A stretch of 63,499 nt of DNA, filler included, from Chiloscyllium plagiosum (lineage: Eukaryota): NCBI RefSeq assembly GCF_004010195.1. It is 5 parts of one record of this genome, joined end to end, with 100 filler letters (N's around TTAATTAATTAA, not from the genome) between each part and the next. Parts side by side here need not be neighbours in the genome. Positions count along the whole stretch, not along the records: positions 1 to 21,978 come from NC_057714.1; positions 22,079 to 40,834 come from NC_057714.1; 3 more parts are not named here. One strand, given 5' to 3'. This document shows, in pieces, positions 13,161-26,575 of this stretch (the first letter of the stretch is position 1; each line of letters begins with the position of its first letter). The translations under genes and the position numbers were made by a program. The notes beneath the pieces were generated by a model, which saw only the letters and a program-made list of their open reading frames with translations, was not told the origin of the DNA and did not search any database.

Positions 13161-13774
13161 GTGACTATCACCCTGCCAGTCTATCCAGCTCCCAGCCTGC
13201 CCACTCCACCACTACCACCCTCCCCCTTACGCTCGGTCATAGAGTCATAGAAATGTACAGCATAGAAACAGACCCTTTGGTCCAACTCGTCCATCTCAAC
13301 TCAATCTAGTCCCACCTGCCAAACAATGGCCCATTCTCTGTGACTAATACAGCCAGGAGCCCGGGTATTGCAAAAGATGCACCCAGTTTCTCGATCATCG
13401 ACCCCATGTTTGATGATGAACTCTATGCACATTAAACCACATTGAGTGTGCGTCCACAATGACCAGAAAATTGAGTCCATGCAAGGACCTGCATAGCCGA
13501 TGTGTATCTGAGTGCAGGGTTTACCTGGCTGTTCCCTTGAATATGGGGGGGGGGGGACGGCTGGTCGTAGCTTTTGTCTGTTGGCACTCTGGGCAATGCC
13601 CCAGCAACGCGGCTGTGACTATCACCCAGCCAGTCTACCCAGCTCACAGCCTGCCCACTCCACCACTACCACCCTCCCCCTTACGCTCGGTCATGGAGTC
13701 ATAGAAATGTACAGCATAGAAACAGACCCTTTGGTCCAACTCGTCCATCTCAACTCAATCTAGTCCCACCTGCC
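12873..13774. repeat. Tandem duplication of about 450 bp (12873-13320 and 13321-13774)
   Basis: Two near-identical units, each starting AAACAATGGCCCATTCTCTG and ending TAGTCCCACCTGCC. Confidence 0.95.
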
Positions 13775-14415
13775 AGCACCCGGCCCATGTCCCTCCAAAC
13801 CCTTCCTATTCCAATACCCATCCAAATGCCTCTTAATGTTGTAATTGTACCAGCCTCCACCACTTCCTCTGGCAGCTCATTCCATTCCCGTACCACCCTC
13901 TGCGTGAAAAAGTTTCCCCTTAGGTCTCTTTCCCCTCTCACCCTAAACCTATGCTCTCTAGGTCTGGACTCCTCCACCCCAGGGAAACGACATTGTCGAT
14001 TTCCGCTATCCATGCCCCTCATGATTTTATAAACCTCTATAAGGTCACCCCTCAGCCTCCGACGCTCCAGGGAAAACAGCCCCAGCCTGTTCAGCCTCTC
14101 CCTATAGCTCAAACTCTCCAACCCTGGCAACATTCTTGTAAATCTTTCCTGAACCCTTTCAAGTTTCACAACATCTTTCCGATAGGAAGGAGACCAGAAT
14201 TGCACACAATATTCAAAAGTGGCCGAACCAATGTCCTGCACAGCCGCAACACGACCTCCTAATCCCTATACTCAATGCACTGACCAACTAAGGAGAGCCT
14301 ACCAAATGCCTTTTTCACTATCCTATCTACCTGCGACTCTATTTTCAAGGAGCTATGAACCTGCACCCCAAGGTCTCTTTGATCAGCACCATTCCCCAGG
14401 ATCTTGCCATTGACT
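13695..14415 (-). mobile_element. CR1 (HER1-type) LINE 3' portion
   Basis: ORF 13750-14241 FEYCVQFWSPSYRKDVVKLERVQ...FFTQRVVREWNELPEEVVEAGT. Confidence 0.92.
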
Positions 14416-14424
14416 GTATAATTG

Positions 14425-14738
14425 GCATGGTGGCTCAGTGGTTAGCACCGCTGTCTCACAGCTCCAGGGACCTGGGTGTGATTCCCAACTCGGGTGACTG
14501 CCTGTGTGGAGTTTGTACATTCTCCCTGTGTCTGCGTGGGTTTCCTCCCACAATCCAAAGATGTGCAGGTCAGGTGAATTGGCCATGTTAAATTGCCCCA
14601 TAGTGTTCAGAGGTGTGTAGACTAGGTGCATTAGTCAGAGGTAAATGCTGAGTAGTAGGGGTCTGGGTGAGTTACTCTTTGGAGGCTTAGTGTGGATTTA
14701 TTGGGTTGAAGGGGCTGTTTCCTCACTGTAGGAATTCT
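14425..14738 (+). mobile_element. HE1-type SINE
   Basis: GGCATGGTGGCTCAGTGGTTAGCA head, V-domain and HER1-like tail. Confidence 0.85.
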
Positions 14739-16618
14739 AAAGATGTCCGGCTAAGACTTGCTCTGGGGAATTGTTGAAACTCTCTTGCAAGCTCAGTCTT
14801 TTAAAGTGAAACATTAAAAATATTTGATATACAAAGACTGCCATTTCAGGAAAAGTATTCTAACCGTCTTTATGTGCCGAAGTGCTTCCTAACGTCTCCT
14901 CTGAATAGTCGGGCCCTAATTCTTTAGGCAAAGTGAGGACTGCAGATGCGGGAGACCAGAATCGACAGAGTGGTGCTGGAAAAGCACAGCAGGTCAGGCA
15001 GCATCCGAGGAGCAGGAAAGTCAATGCTTCGGGCAAAAGGAATGAGGCTGTGAGCCGAGGGGGTGGAGAGATAAATGGGAGAGGGGGTGGGGCTGGGAGG
15101 GGAGGGTAACTAAGAGTGCGATAGGTAGATGAAGATGGGGTGATGGTGATGGCCCTAATTCTTAGACTATGTCCCCGGTCCTAGAATCCCCAACAGTAGA
15201 ATTAGTTTATCTTCATCAATGGCATAATGGGTTATAGGTTTAATCATAGAATCCCTACAGTGTGAAAACAGGCCCTTTGGCCCAACAAGTCCACCCCGAC
15301 CCATTCCCCTACCCTATTATCCAATATTTATTCCTAACCAATGTACCTAACCTACACATCCCTGAACATTATAGACTATTTCTATGGCCAATCCACCCTA
15401 ACCTGCACATCTTTGGATTGCCATATGAAAAGACATTGAGATGTTTGACCAGCCATGATCATGGAAAAGCAGGTCTTCTCCTGTTCTTTGTTCAAATGAG
15501 ACACTAAAGGGTAAAATGCAAGCTATTAGTAAAGCTAATGGAATAGTAGCTTTTACTGCCGGAGGGTTTGAGTACAGGACCGGTGAAGGTTTGCTTCCAC
15601 TCTAGAGAAGCTTGGCTAGTATACACCCAGAACCCTGTGTGCAGTTGGAATCTCCTTGTCTCGGTAAAGATACTATTGCGGTGGAAGGTTCACTAGACTT
15701 GTGCCTGGGTTTAGGGACCGTCCTATGGAGAGAGATTAGGCAAAATGAACTTGTATTCTTTAGAGTTGCAAAGAAAGTGAGGTGAGTTTATTGAAGGGAG
15801 TAGACAGAGTAAAGGTAGATAGATGTTTCTCCTGGTTGGGGAGTCCAGAGTTAGGGACACTGCTTGAAAATAAGGGGAAAATGTCATTTTGGACTGAAAT
15901 CAGGAGGCCCAGTCTTCTGAATGGCATGGTGGCCCAGTGGTTAGCACTGCTACCTCACTGCACCAGAGGACCTGGGTTCAATTCCAGCCTTAGGCGACCG
16001 TCTGTGTGGAGTTTGCACGTTCTCCCCATGTCTGGGTGCTTGGGTTTTCTCTCACAATCCAAAGATGTGCAGGTCAGGTGAATTGGCTGTGCTAAAGTGT
16101 TTAGGGGGGATGTCCAGGTTAGGTGCCCTACTCAGGGGTAAATATAGGATAGGGGAATGGGTCTGGGTGGGTTACTCTTTGGAGGGTTGGTGTGGATTTG
16201 TTGGGCTGAAGGGCCTGTTTACACAGTGTAGAGAATCTAAAAATAGACTCAGAGGATTGGGAGCCTTTGGAATTCTCTATATCCCAGGGGACTATGGAAG
16301 CTCAGTCTTTAAAACACAAGGCTGAGTTATTGAAGTGTCAGACTGGACTGAAGGTCTTTCTCTGTTCTTCTCTCTCCACAGGTGCTGCCAGACCCATGTG
16401 AATTGTTGATAGATTTCTGGTTGACAATAGTTATAGAGATGACTTCAGGAAAAATATTGTGTCGGCCACAATCATATTAAGTGGGGAAATGGGTTGAATG
16501 GCCTACAGCGGTTCCTACGTTCCAATGAATCATTGCACACCTCTCTGCAGTAAATGCAACTTGCCATTTGTTCAACCTTTCTGTGTCCTGTTGAAGTTTT
16601 ACACCATCCCTTCTCACA

Positions 16619-17118
16619 NNNNNNNNNNNNNNNNNNNNNNNNNNNNNNNNNNNNNNNNNNNNNNNNNNNNNNNNNNNNNNNNNNNNNNNNNNNNNNNNNN
16701 NNNNNNNNNNNNNNNNNNNNNNNNNNNNNNNNNNNNNNNNNNNNNNNNNNNNNNNNNNNNNNNNNNNNNNNNNNNNNNNNNNNNNNNNNNNNNNNNNNNN
16801 NNNNNNNNNNNNNNNNNNNNNNNNNNNNNNNNNNNNNNNNNNNNNNNNNNNNNNNNNNNNNNNNNNNNNNNNNNNNNNNNNNNNNNNNNNNNNNNNNNNN
16901 NNNNNNNNNNNNNNNNNNNNNNNNNNNNNNNNNNNNNNNNNNNNNNNNNNNNNNNNNNNNNNNNNNNNNNNNNNNNNNNNNNNNNNNNNNNNNNNNNNNN
17001 NNNNNNNNNNNNNNNNNNNNNNNNNNNNNNNNNNNNNNNNNNNNNNNNNNNNNNNNNNNNNNNNNNNNNNNNNNNNNNNNNNNNNNNNNNNNNNNNNNNN
17101 NNNNNNNNNNNNNNNNNN
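16619..17118. other. Assembly gap (500 N)
   Basis: Run of N. Confidence 1.
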
Positions 17119-18234
17119 AAGCCAATCAGAATTTAGATTTTGTTTAGATTTTATTGTGACGTGTACTCAAGTACAGAAGTACAGGATTACAGTGAAAAGT
17201 GTATAACGTTGCCCCTCATAGCGCCAACTTAGGTCCGAGGTACAAGAAAAGCTTAGAAACAAGCAAGTAAGGGGTGGTTAGCACTGTTGCCTCACAGCAC
17301 CAGGGTCCCAGGTTTGATTCCCACCTCAGGCGACTGACTGTGTGGAGTTTGCACATTCTCCCCGTGTCTGCGTGGGTTTCCTCCGGGTGCTCCGGTTTCC
17401 TCCCACAGTCACAAGGATGTGCAGGTCAGGGTGGATTGGCCATGCTAAACTGCTCCATAGTGTTCAGGAATGTGTAGGTTAGGTGCATTCGTCAGGGGTA
17501 AATGTCGGGGAATGGGTCTGGGTGGGTTACTCTTCAGAGAGAGAAAGTGAGGGCTGGAGGTCAGAGTTGAGAGTGTGGCGCTGGAAAAGCACAGCAGGTC
17601 AGGCAGCATCTGAGGAGCAGGAGAATTGACATTGCAGGCAATCCTAATGAAGGGCTTATGCCTGTAACGTTGATTTGCCTGATCTTCAGATGCTGCCTGA
17701 CCTGCTGTGCTTTTCCAGCACCACCCTCCCGACTCTTACTGTTCGGAGGGTCGGTGTGGACTTGTTGGGCCGAAGGGCCTGTTACCACACTGTAGGAACT
17801 CTATTCTATAGAGACAAGGGTAAAGAAGTTAAGCATTACTTAAGTAGTAATGGGAGAAATTAGGAAGCTCCGAATGGGTCTGGATGAGGTGTGAATGGCG
17901 ATAGCAGAATTAGCACCAATAGCAGCTGTGGGAAATGAAAAGAAATTGCTTATGACGGAGGTTATGATCTAAAATTGTTCAATTTTCCACTTTGATGCTA
18001 TTCTTCATTAATTTATTAATCAGTCAGTTTTAATGAGTGGCAGAATGGATCCATCAACATTTCACATTCGCCACGGGCAGCCCAACACTGAACCTGCCCG
18101 TGCCTGAGGAAGGTACTGTCACCATTGGATGGGATTCTTTTCAGGGAAAACACTGACAAATAATCCAGACTGTGGGAAGAGTTACACCAGACTCTGATTT
18201 ACTCTCCTCAGCCAGGCCTGCTGTGCAGTTTTTG

Positions 18235-18778
18235 TTCACTCACTCACAGGACCAGGGTGTCGTTGGCTCAGCAGCACGTATTGCTCATCCTTACTTACCC
18301 AGAGGGCAGTAAAGAGCCAACCCCATTGCTGTGGGTCTGGAGTCACATGTAGGCCAGACCAGGTAAGGATGGCAGTTTCCTTCCTGAAGCGGCATTAGTG
18401 ACCCAGATGAGATTGTTCCCCCGACAATGGATTTGTGGTTATCATCGGACTCGTAATTCCAGATGTTTTAGTTGAAATCAAACTCCACCATGGCAGGATT
18501 TGAACGCAGGTCCCCAGAAAGTGGCCGCTGTGGGTCTGGAGTCACATTGTAGGCCAACCAGGTAAGGATGGCAGTTTCCTTCCTGAAGCGGCATTAGTGA
18601 CCCAGATGAGATTGTTCCCCCGACAATGGATTCGTGGTTATCATCGGACTCTTAATTCCAGACGTTTTAGTCGAAATCAAACTCCACCACGGCAGGATTT
18701 GAACGCAGGTCCCCAGAACGTGGCCTGTGCTTCTGGATTAACGACCCAGCGATAATACCACTAGGCCATCGCCTTCCC
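18235..18778 (-). mobile_element. tRNA-derived SINE (second family, L2-like tail) with an internal tandem duplication of about 199 bp
   Basis: Body GGGTCTGGAGTCACATGTAGGCCAGACCAGGTAAGGATGG is repeated at 18328 and 18527. Head GATGGCCTAGTGGTATTATCGCT..GTTCAAATCC on the minus strand. Homologues at 29060-29385, 33460-33790 and 57110-57325. Confidence 0.7.
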
Positions 18779-20009
18779 TGCTGTGAATGAGTGCCATCTT
18801 TGCTGCATGATCTGTGCTGAATTATCTGATCAGAGACAGATTGAGTCGGATAGACGTCTGGACACTTGGGAGAATCATGAGGTCTGGGTTCAGACTGAAA
18901 AATGGAGGTTAGATTAGATTAGATTCCCTACAGTGTGGAAACAGGCCCTTCAGCCAAACCAGTCCACACCGACCCGCCGAAGAGTAACCCACCCAGACCC
19001 ATTTCCCTCTGACTAACACTATGGGGCAATTTTAGCATGGCCAATTCACCTGACCTGCACATCTCTGGACTGTGGGAGTAAACCCACGCAGACACGGGGA
19101 GAACGTGCAAACTCCACACAGACAGTCGCCCGAGGATGGGCCAGTGCTTGCTGTCATTCCCCAAGTGCCCCAGAGGTGGCATAATTGAGCTGCCCTCTTA
19201 AACTGCTATGGTTGATCGGTGTATGGCGACCTATAAAATGATTAGGGAGGGGGGATCCGGGAGTTTGACCCAGCAACAGTGGAAGAACAACAATATGTTT
19301 CTGAGTCTAAATGACACATGAAAGAGAAGCTGCAGTATTTCCAGGTGCCTAATCCCCTTGTCCCACTATGGTCCTGGGTTTAGAAGGTGCTGACTAAGGA
19401 AGTTTGGTGAATTTCTGCCGTGCATCTTGTAGATGGTAGACACTGCTGCTACTGAGTGTCGGTGGTGGAGGGAGTGGATGCTTGTGGATTTGGGGCCAAT
19501 CAAATGGGCTGCTTTGTCCTGGCTAATTCCTCCTACACCCACCCCCAGTCCTGAAAAAAGATTAGACCCAAAACGTTGACTTCTCCCCCTCCTGATGCTG
19601 CCTGGCTTGCTGTGTTCTTCCAGCCTCCTGCCTGTCTACCTTGGTTTCCAACATCCGCAGTTTTTGTTTTGTCCTGGGTGGTGTCAAGCTTCTTGAGTGT
19701 TGTGGGCAAGAACATCCAGGCAAGTGGGGAGTATTCCATCATCCTCCTGACTTATGCCTTGAAGATGGTGGACAGGCTTTGGGGAGTCAGGAGGGGAGTT
19801 ACTCACTCCCGATTGGATTTGATTAGATTTATTTACTGTCACATGTACCTAAGTACAGTGAACAGCTTTGTTTACAACCAGTATACAGACAGATCATAGG
19901 AAGCAAGGGCAAACAGATCAAAAGGTGAAAGAGAAACGAAGACAGAGGCACACAGGTTATGTCGCACAGGGCATGTACTGGGCAAGATCAATGGTTGGGA
20001 GATCAACGA

Positions 20010-20410
20010 GTTTTGAGAAGATTTGTAGCTCAGGTTGAGGTTCTGGATATAAGTTTGCTCGCTGAGCTGGAAGACTCATTTTCAGATGTTTCATCACCAT
20101 ATCAGGTAACATCATCAGTGAGCCTCTGGTGAAGCACTGGTGTTATGAGCCACTTTCTATTTATGTGTTTAGGCTTCCTTGGGTTGGTGATGTCATTTCC
20201 TGTGTTGATATCATTTCCTGTGTTGGTGATGCCATTTCCTGTTCTTTTTCTGAGGGGTGGTAGATGGAGTCTAACTCGATGTGTTTGTTGATAGAGTTCC
20301 AGTTGGAATTCTCATGTATGTGTCTGTTTGACTTGTCCTAGGATGGATGTGTTGTCCTAGTCGAAATGGTGCCCTTTGTCATCTGCGTGGAAGGATACTA
20401 GTGAGAGTGA
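20010..20410 (-). mobile_element. Penelope-like element family C 3' end, nested in a Rex1-like LINE tail
   Basis: Minus strand SLVSFHADDKGHHFD.DNTSILGQ...WNSINKHIELDSIYHPL resembles the C-terminal GIY-YIG region. The terminal repeat has CACTGATGA..GAAA. Confidence 0.65.
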
Positions 20411-21269
20411 TTAGAAAGATCAGCATTATTTGAGGTTAGAATTCCTCAGTTCTATAACAGCTGGGATGAAGCTGTTCCTGAACCTGCTGCTGCATGTGGT
20501 CAGGTTTCTGTATCTTCTGCTGAACCTCGGACCTGCTCTTGTAACGATAGGTCTGGTGTGACTGAAGATCAAAATATGACCTCCTTAAAAAGCACCACGT
20601 TCTTGAGGGGCCGAATGGCCAACTCCTCGTTGTTCCTTTCATGGACATTGCACAGGACCTTGAACTGAGTTGCAGTCTCTCAGGAGATGTCATCACGAAT
20701 CTGATTTCGATAAAACTCTGGGTCCCTTGACCCAGCGACGAAGAAGGTGGCTAGGAGCTAAGGGAGGAAACAGGGTGGATTTTTTCTTACCTCTGGCTCA
20801 CGTTGCTGTCACTGTAGATTACTTTCCCTGCCTCACCATCTCACCCTCAGCCACCTACAAGCTGAAATGATTCAGAAGCACTGTTTTGATGGTGTTGCCC
20901 TGATGTGATTCACTCTCCCCTGTGAGTAATGCAGATAAGATTTGGAGAGCTTGCTAAACAGTTGCCAATAACCATCCTGACTTCCTGGTTTGCTCATATC
21001 TCTGCTGCAGATGCTCACTTCGTCGGCACGTTCACTTGCCAGTATCATATCATACTCTGCATGCCAAACACCCTGACATAGATGAAAACTGAATTGGAAA
21101 GGGAATGATTTGGTGCCCGTAATCACATTATTTCGGCCTCCGTTCATGTTTCACCTGCAGAATATTGAAGAAATCCATGCAGCCAGGAACAGAGGGCAGG
21201 TTTTGCATTCATGTAGTGCCTTCCACCACCTCCGTACACCCAAACAGTAATGCAATAATCAGTTTTGAG

Positions 21270-21720
21270 TCATATAGTTACACAGCATAGACAATCCAAA
21301 ATAGTCCAACTCCTCCACAGATATTCCAAATTAATCTAGTCCCATTTGCCACCATTTGGCCCATATCCCCCCAAACCCTTCCTATTCATATACTCATCCA
21401 GATGCCTTTTAAATGCTGTAATTATACCAGCCTCCACCACTTCCTCTGGCAGGTCATTCCATACACATACCACCCTCTGTGTGAAACAGTTGCCCCTTAC
21501 ATCCCTTTTAAATCTTCCCCCTCTCACCCTAAGCCTATACCCTCTAGTTCTGGACTCCCCCACCCTGGGGAAAAGACCATGCCTATTTATCCTATCCATG
21601 CCCCACATGATTTTATAAACCTCTATAAGGTCACCCCTCAGCCTCCGGCGCTCCAGGGAAAACAGCCCCAGCCTGTTCAGCCTCTCCCTGTAGCTCAGAT
21701 CCTCCAACCCCGACAACATC
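21270..21720 (-). mobile_element. CR1 (HER1-type) LINE 3' fragment
   Basis: MLSGLEDLSYRERLNRLGLFSLERRRLRGDLIEVYKIM...WNDLPEEVVEAG. Confidence 0.92.
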
Positions 21721-21978
21721 ATTAGAGTCAAAGAGTCATAGAGATGCACAGTATGGAAACAGACCCTTCCTGATGAAGGGCTTTTGCCCAAATCGTCGAT
21801 TTTACTGCTCCTCGGATGCTGCCTGACCTGCTGTTGCTTTTCCAGCACCACTCTAATCTAGACTCTGGTTTCCAGCATCTGCAGTCATTGTTTTTACCAT
21901 CGCATTTCTGAAGGCTTCCCATTTTCCAGCCGTCCCTTTACCTGTGAACATCTGCCTCCAATCAGCTTTTGAAAGTTC

Positions 21979-22078
21979 NNNNNNNNNNNNNNNNNNNNNN
22001 NNNNNNNNNNNNNNNNNNNNNNTTAATTAATTAANNNNNNNNNNNNNNNNNNNNNNNNNNNNNNNNNNNNNNNNNNNN
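21979..22078. other. Artificial contig linker N44-TTAATTAATTAA-N44
   Basis: The same 100-nt structure recurs at 40835-40934, 49254-49353 and 58423-58522. The 12-mer has stops in all six frames. Confidence 0.95.
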
Positions 22079-23583
22079 CCAAGCAGTTCTAGCAAATTTC
22101 CCTGCCAGTATATTAGTCCCCTTCCAATTTAGGTGCAATCCGTCCTTCTTGTACAGGTCATTTCCATCCCAAAAGAGATTCCAATGATCCAAAAATGTGA
22201 ATCCTTCTCCCATACACCAGCTCCTCAGCCATGCAGTGATCTGCTCTATCCTCCTATTCCTGCCCTCACTAGCTCGTAGCACTGGGAGTAATCCAGACAT
22301 TACTACCCTTGAGTACCTCCTTTTTAAGTTTCTGCCTAACTCTCTGTAATCTCCGTTCAGAGTCTCAACCTTTTCCCTTCCTATGTCATTGGTTCCAGTG
22401 TGGACAATGACCTCCTACTGGCCCTTCTCCCCCGTGAGAACATTCTGCACCCTCTCTGAGACATCCTTGATCCTGGCACCAGGGAAACAACACACCATTC
22501 TGCTTTTTCTCTGCTGGCCACAGAAACGTCTGTCTGTACCTCTGACTACAGAATCCCCTAACACAATTGATCTCTTGGAAGCCGACGTACCCCTCGTTGC
22601 ATTAGAGCCAATTTCAATACCAGGAACTTAGCTGTTCGTGCTACGCTCCCCTGAGAATCCATCACCCCCTACATTTTCCAAAACAGCATACCTGTTTGAA
22701 ATGGGTTTATCCACAAAAGATAATATGCTGTTGGTGCCGACCTCTCTTACCCTTCCTGGAGTTAACTCATCTGTGTGACTGTATCTGAGATTTTCCCCCT
22801 TTCCTATAACTGCCATCCATCACATACTGCTGCTGTTGCAAATTCCTCATCGCTTCTATCTGTCTCTCCAACCGATCTACTCGATCTGATAAGATTCGCA
22901 TCCAACAGCATTTATGGCAGATATAATCCACAGTAACCCTTAAACTCTCTTTAAACTCCCACATCTGACAAGAAGTACATATCACTGCAAAGGCCATTTT
23001 TGCTCCTTCACAATCTACAGACCCAGAAAATAACACCGTCTTATTCCTCTACAAAACACTGCACCAGGTTAAATTAATAGTTATGGCTTATATTTTAAGT
23101 TTAATCAAGAGACTTACCCCAAAAAACATATAATCAAGAAAGAACCCACTATACTCACTAATACAGCCTTTCTCTTGGACAGACTTAAAACAACAATTAA
23201 CTTATCTGATTCTGTGTTGTGAACTTTGCCCAACGGTTCCTCCAAGATTAGATGTGAATTTCACTGTTTGTTAATTTTCCCAGATGCACTCCGATATCCG
23301 GCGATACACGAATTCAAACAGCAAAGGCGGTAACTGTGCAGGTTCTCTCTCTCTCTCTCTCCTGCACTGTCCTCACCATGTGCTTCCTTTGTCTGCTCTT
23401 CTCCCTTTTAAACTGTTGTTGTTTTGACTTTTTTTTTCCCCAAAGTTCCAAAACAGCATATTAAACACTAATTGCTGCTCCTGGAATTCGAGGAAATCAC
23501 CTCCAACACCTAAAATACCTCAAAACAAGGAGCGGCTCTTACAGCCAGAAATTTTTCCTGTCCTCCATCTTGGATTACCCAGA
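22079..23583 (-). mobile_element. 5' part of a CR1 LINE: 5' UTR and disrupted ORF1 (Cys-rich finger, coiled coil, SGNH esterase)
   Basis: CTSCQMWE..DYICHKC..LSDRVDRLERQIEAM; IVLGDSVVRG, FPGARI, HTGTND, DGLHLN. Contains a frameshift and an in-frame TAG. An ORF2 piece (ELSKADW) lies across the gap at 21900-21978. Confidence 0.9.
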
Positions 23584-26575
23584 CTGTAAATCTTTTTTGA
23601 CACCCTTTCTAGTTTAATAGCATAGACGGGGTTTGTAAATATGAGTCATAAAGTGTGGTGCTGGTTAAGCACAGCAGGTCAGGCAGCATCCGAGGAGCAG
23701 GGGAATTGACGTTTTGGGCATAAGCCCTTTTTTTAGGAATGGATTAGGGTTCTTGTATAAACTCCCCAGCAGGAGGATTCCGATGTAGCACCAGTGGGAT
23801 GATGTTATTGAACAAAGTGCTTTCTGAGTTTTGTTGAATCATTTCTGTTTTCAGTTGCAAGTGGTACAGATAAATTCACACAGAAATATATTGTGAGTAG
23901 ATTAAGGATTCACACAGGAACAGTGGCAATCTGATAATTTACAGCACTGTGGCTATTAGTCTGCTGACTGTGGAAACTGTAAGAAATATTAGTGTCAAAA
24001 ACACTTTGCTGTAACAATTCACTCACACTCTGCGCCACATTTGATTTCTCATTTATTCAGCAGCTGCACTGTCAGATTTTAGCCTTTTTATCCTGGGTTC
24101 ATCACAACTAGTCACAGTACAACTGGAAATATTAGAGATCCACACCTTTGAAATCTTGGAGTGATGCTGGAAAAGCACAGCAGGTCAGGCAGCATCCGAG
24201 GAGCAGGAAAATCGACGTTTCGGGCATAAGCCCCTCATCAGGAATGGTGATTCTTGATGAAGGATTCCTGCCCAAAACGTGGATTTTCCTGCTCCTCGGA
24301 TGCTGCCTGACCTGCTGTGCTTTTCCAGCATCACGCTAATCTCCAGGATCTGCAGTCCTCACTTTTACCTTTGCAATCTTGCTCAGTTTCGAATCCCGTT
24401 GGTCAAATGCAGTTTTTAACTTTAAAAATCCTGAACTGGGAGAACGGGCCACACCCCTGCCATTGTTAAAGTAGGGTCGATCCAGACATTTTGGCACCTC
24501 TGCCTTTATGACCTCAAGAACACAAGGACAAAATGACCTTTTTAAAGTGGCATCATCGTCACACTAAATGTGCAAATGCAAAAGTCACTCACTCGCTTGT
24601 GGTCCTGTTGATGGTTTATTATGGTGTGAACGTGTCTGGGGGAATGTTTGCGCAGTGGTATCCCAGAGCCCCTCACACTCCTCTCCATTAAGGCTACTCT
24701 GGCTGGGACACAGCAACACACCTCAGGGAGAGGGCACAACTTCCTGGGTGGGGCACTGATGTATTGGTAGAGGACTCCCAGAGGACGTGGCACAGAGGGG
24801 GCATCACTGAGGTGTACAAGGGCTGTAGACAGGGTAGATAGGGAGATACCTTTCCCCTTTTAGTATAGGGTTCACTAACCAGGGGCACACAGATTTAAGG
24901 TAAGGGGCAGGGGATTTAGTGGGGATTTCAGGAAAAATGTTTCCACCCAGAGGGGGGTTGGTATCTGAAACTTACTGCCTGAATGAGGAACCATCAAGGT
25001 AGTCAAGATCTACTGAGATGATCACTTGGCACACCAGGGCATACAAGGATATGGGCTAAGTGCTGGAAAATGGGATTAGAGGAGATGGATGTTGGATGAC
25101 CTGCATGAACGTGATAGGCCGAAGGGTCATTTTTTTATGTGCTGACAAATCTCTGTGATTCTAAGGTCACACAAGGCTGCCCCTCCCCCAGGACCTCCCA
25201 TCTCTCTCTCTCTCTCCCCCTCTCTCTCTTCCCTCTGTCTCTCTCTCTCTCTCTCCTGCGTCAGCCATTGTATGTTGCCATGATGTCTGGTCCTTCCTCA
25301 GGACCAGGGGGTTTGAGATGTCCAGTGAGGTAAGTGCAGTCCCACTCTTCCTAGTTTCCGGTGAAATTTACCCCTTGGCCCCCGCCCAGTTCATGAATTT
25401 CAAGAAAGGATGTCTCCCAGGTATTGGTGAGGTCTCCCTTCAGAGTCTCTGCAGGGGCAAGACCAGAAAATGGTGAGCATCCCTTTAAACGGCGAAAGCC
25501 CCTTTAAGGAGCACTCGAAAACAATATCAGGATATTGGAGGGAGGGTAACACGGGGCCACAAGGATGAAACCTGGCCTTCAGGGGGTAAGACACCGAGGA
25601 GAGATCATACAAATTCAGCTTGTTTTCTCAAATTTAGAAGGTTAAAGGTGATCCAGTTGAAGTCTTCTAGATATCAACATGGAAAATATCTAGTCTAATT
25701 TTGTTAAAAATGGACAGCAGTGGTTAGCACTGCTACCTCACAGCACCAGGGACCCTCACTGCACACCTCTGCACAGACAGCGGCTGAATGAGGGTGGGTC
25801 CATTGGTAAGGGGGTTCCATGACCACAACCAACTCACCACCTCAACCCCCTGGCCCTGAGGATTCCAACCTTTTGGGGACTGACTGTGTGGAGTTTGCAC
25901 ATTCTCCCCGTGTCTGTGTGGGTTTCACCCAGGTGCTCCGGTTTCCTCCCACAGTCCAAAGATGAGCAAGTTTGGGTGAATTGGCCACGCTAACTTGCTC
26001 ATAGTGTTCAGGGATGTGTAGGTTAGATGCATTAGTCAGGGGTAAATATAGGGTAGGGGAACGGGTCTGGGTGGGTTACTCTTTGGATGGTCATTGCTGA
26101 CTTGTTAGGCCAAATGGCTGTTTCCACACTGTTGGGGTTCTGTGATGTATGATTTTCTATGAAAAGGCAGGGTAGATAAAGATCAGGGACAAAAACACTA
26201 CAGATGCTGGAATCCAAAGTAGACAGGCAGGAGGCTGGGAGGACGCAGCAAGCCAGGCAGTGTCAAGAGGGGGAGACGTCAACGTTTCGGGTGTAGCCCT
26301 TCCTCGGGACTGGAGGTGGAAGTAGGGGGAATAAATGGATAAGGGATCTAGAACTGGAGTGGGGTGGGGATATAGTCTGAGAATTAGGGCCAGACCATCC
26401 AGGAGAGGTGATAGGCAGCACTTCGACAGCCAAAGGATGGGAGCGGTTCAGATCCCTCTTCCCCAAAATAGCAGTTTTAAATCTGAGAGAGATAAACTGC
26501 TGTTAAGCCAAAAGTATAAGGGATGTGGGCCGAAGGCAGGTGTACAGGGACAGGCCACGGATCAGCCATGAATGG

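Noticed and set aside
16472..17147. ORFs of about 200 aa
   Set aside because: They consist of the N gap.
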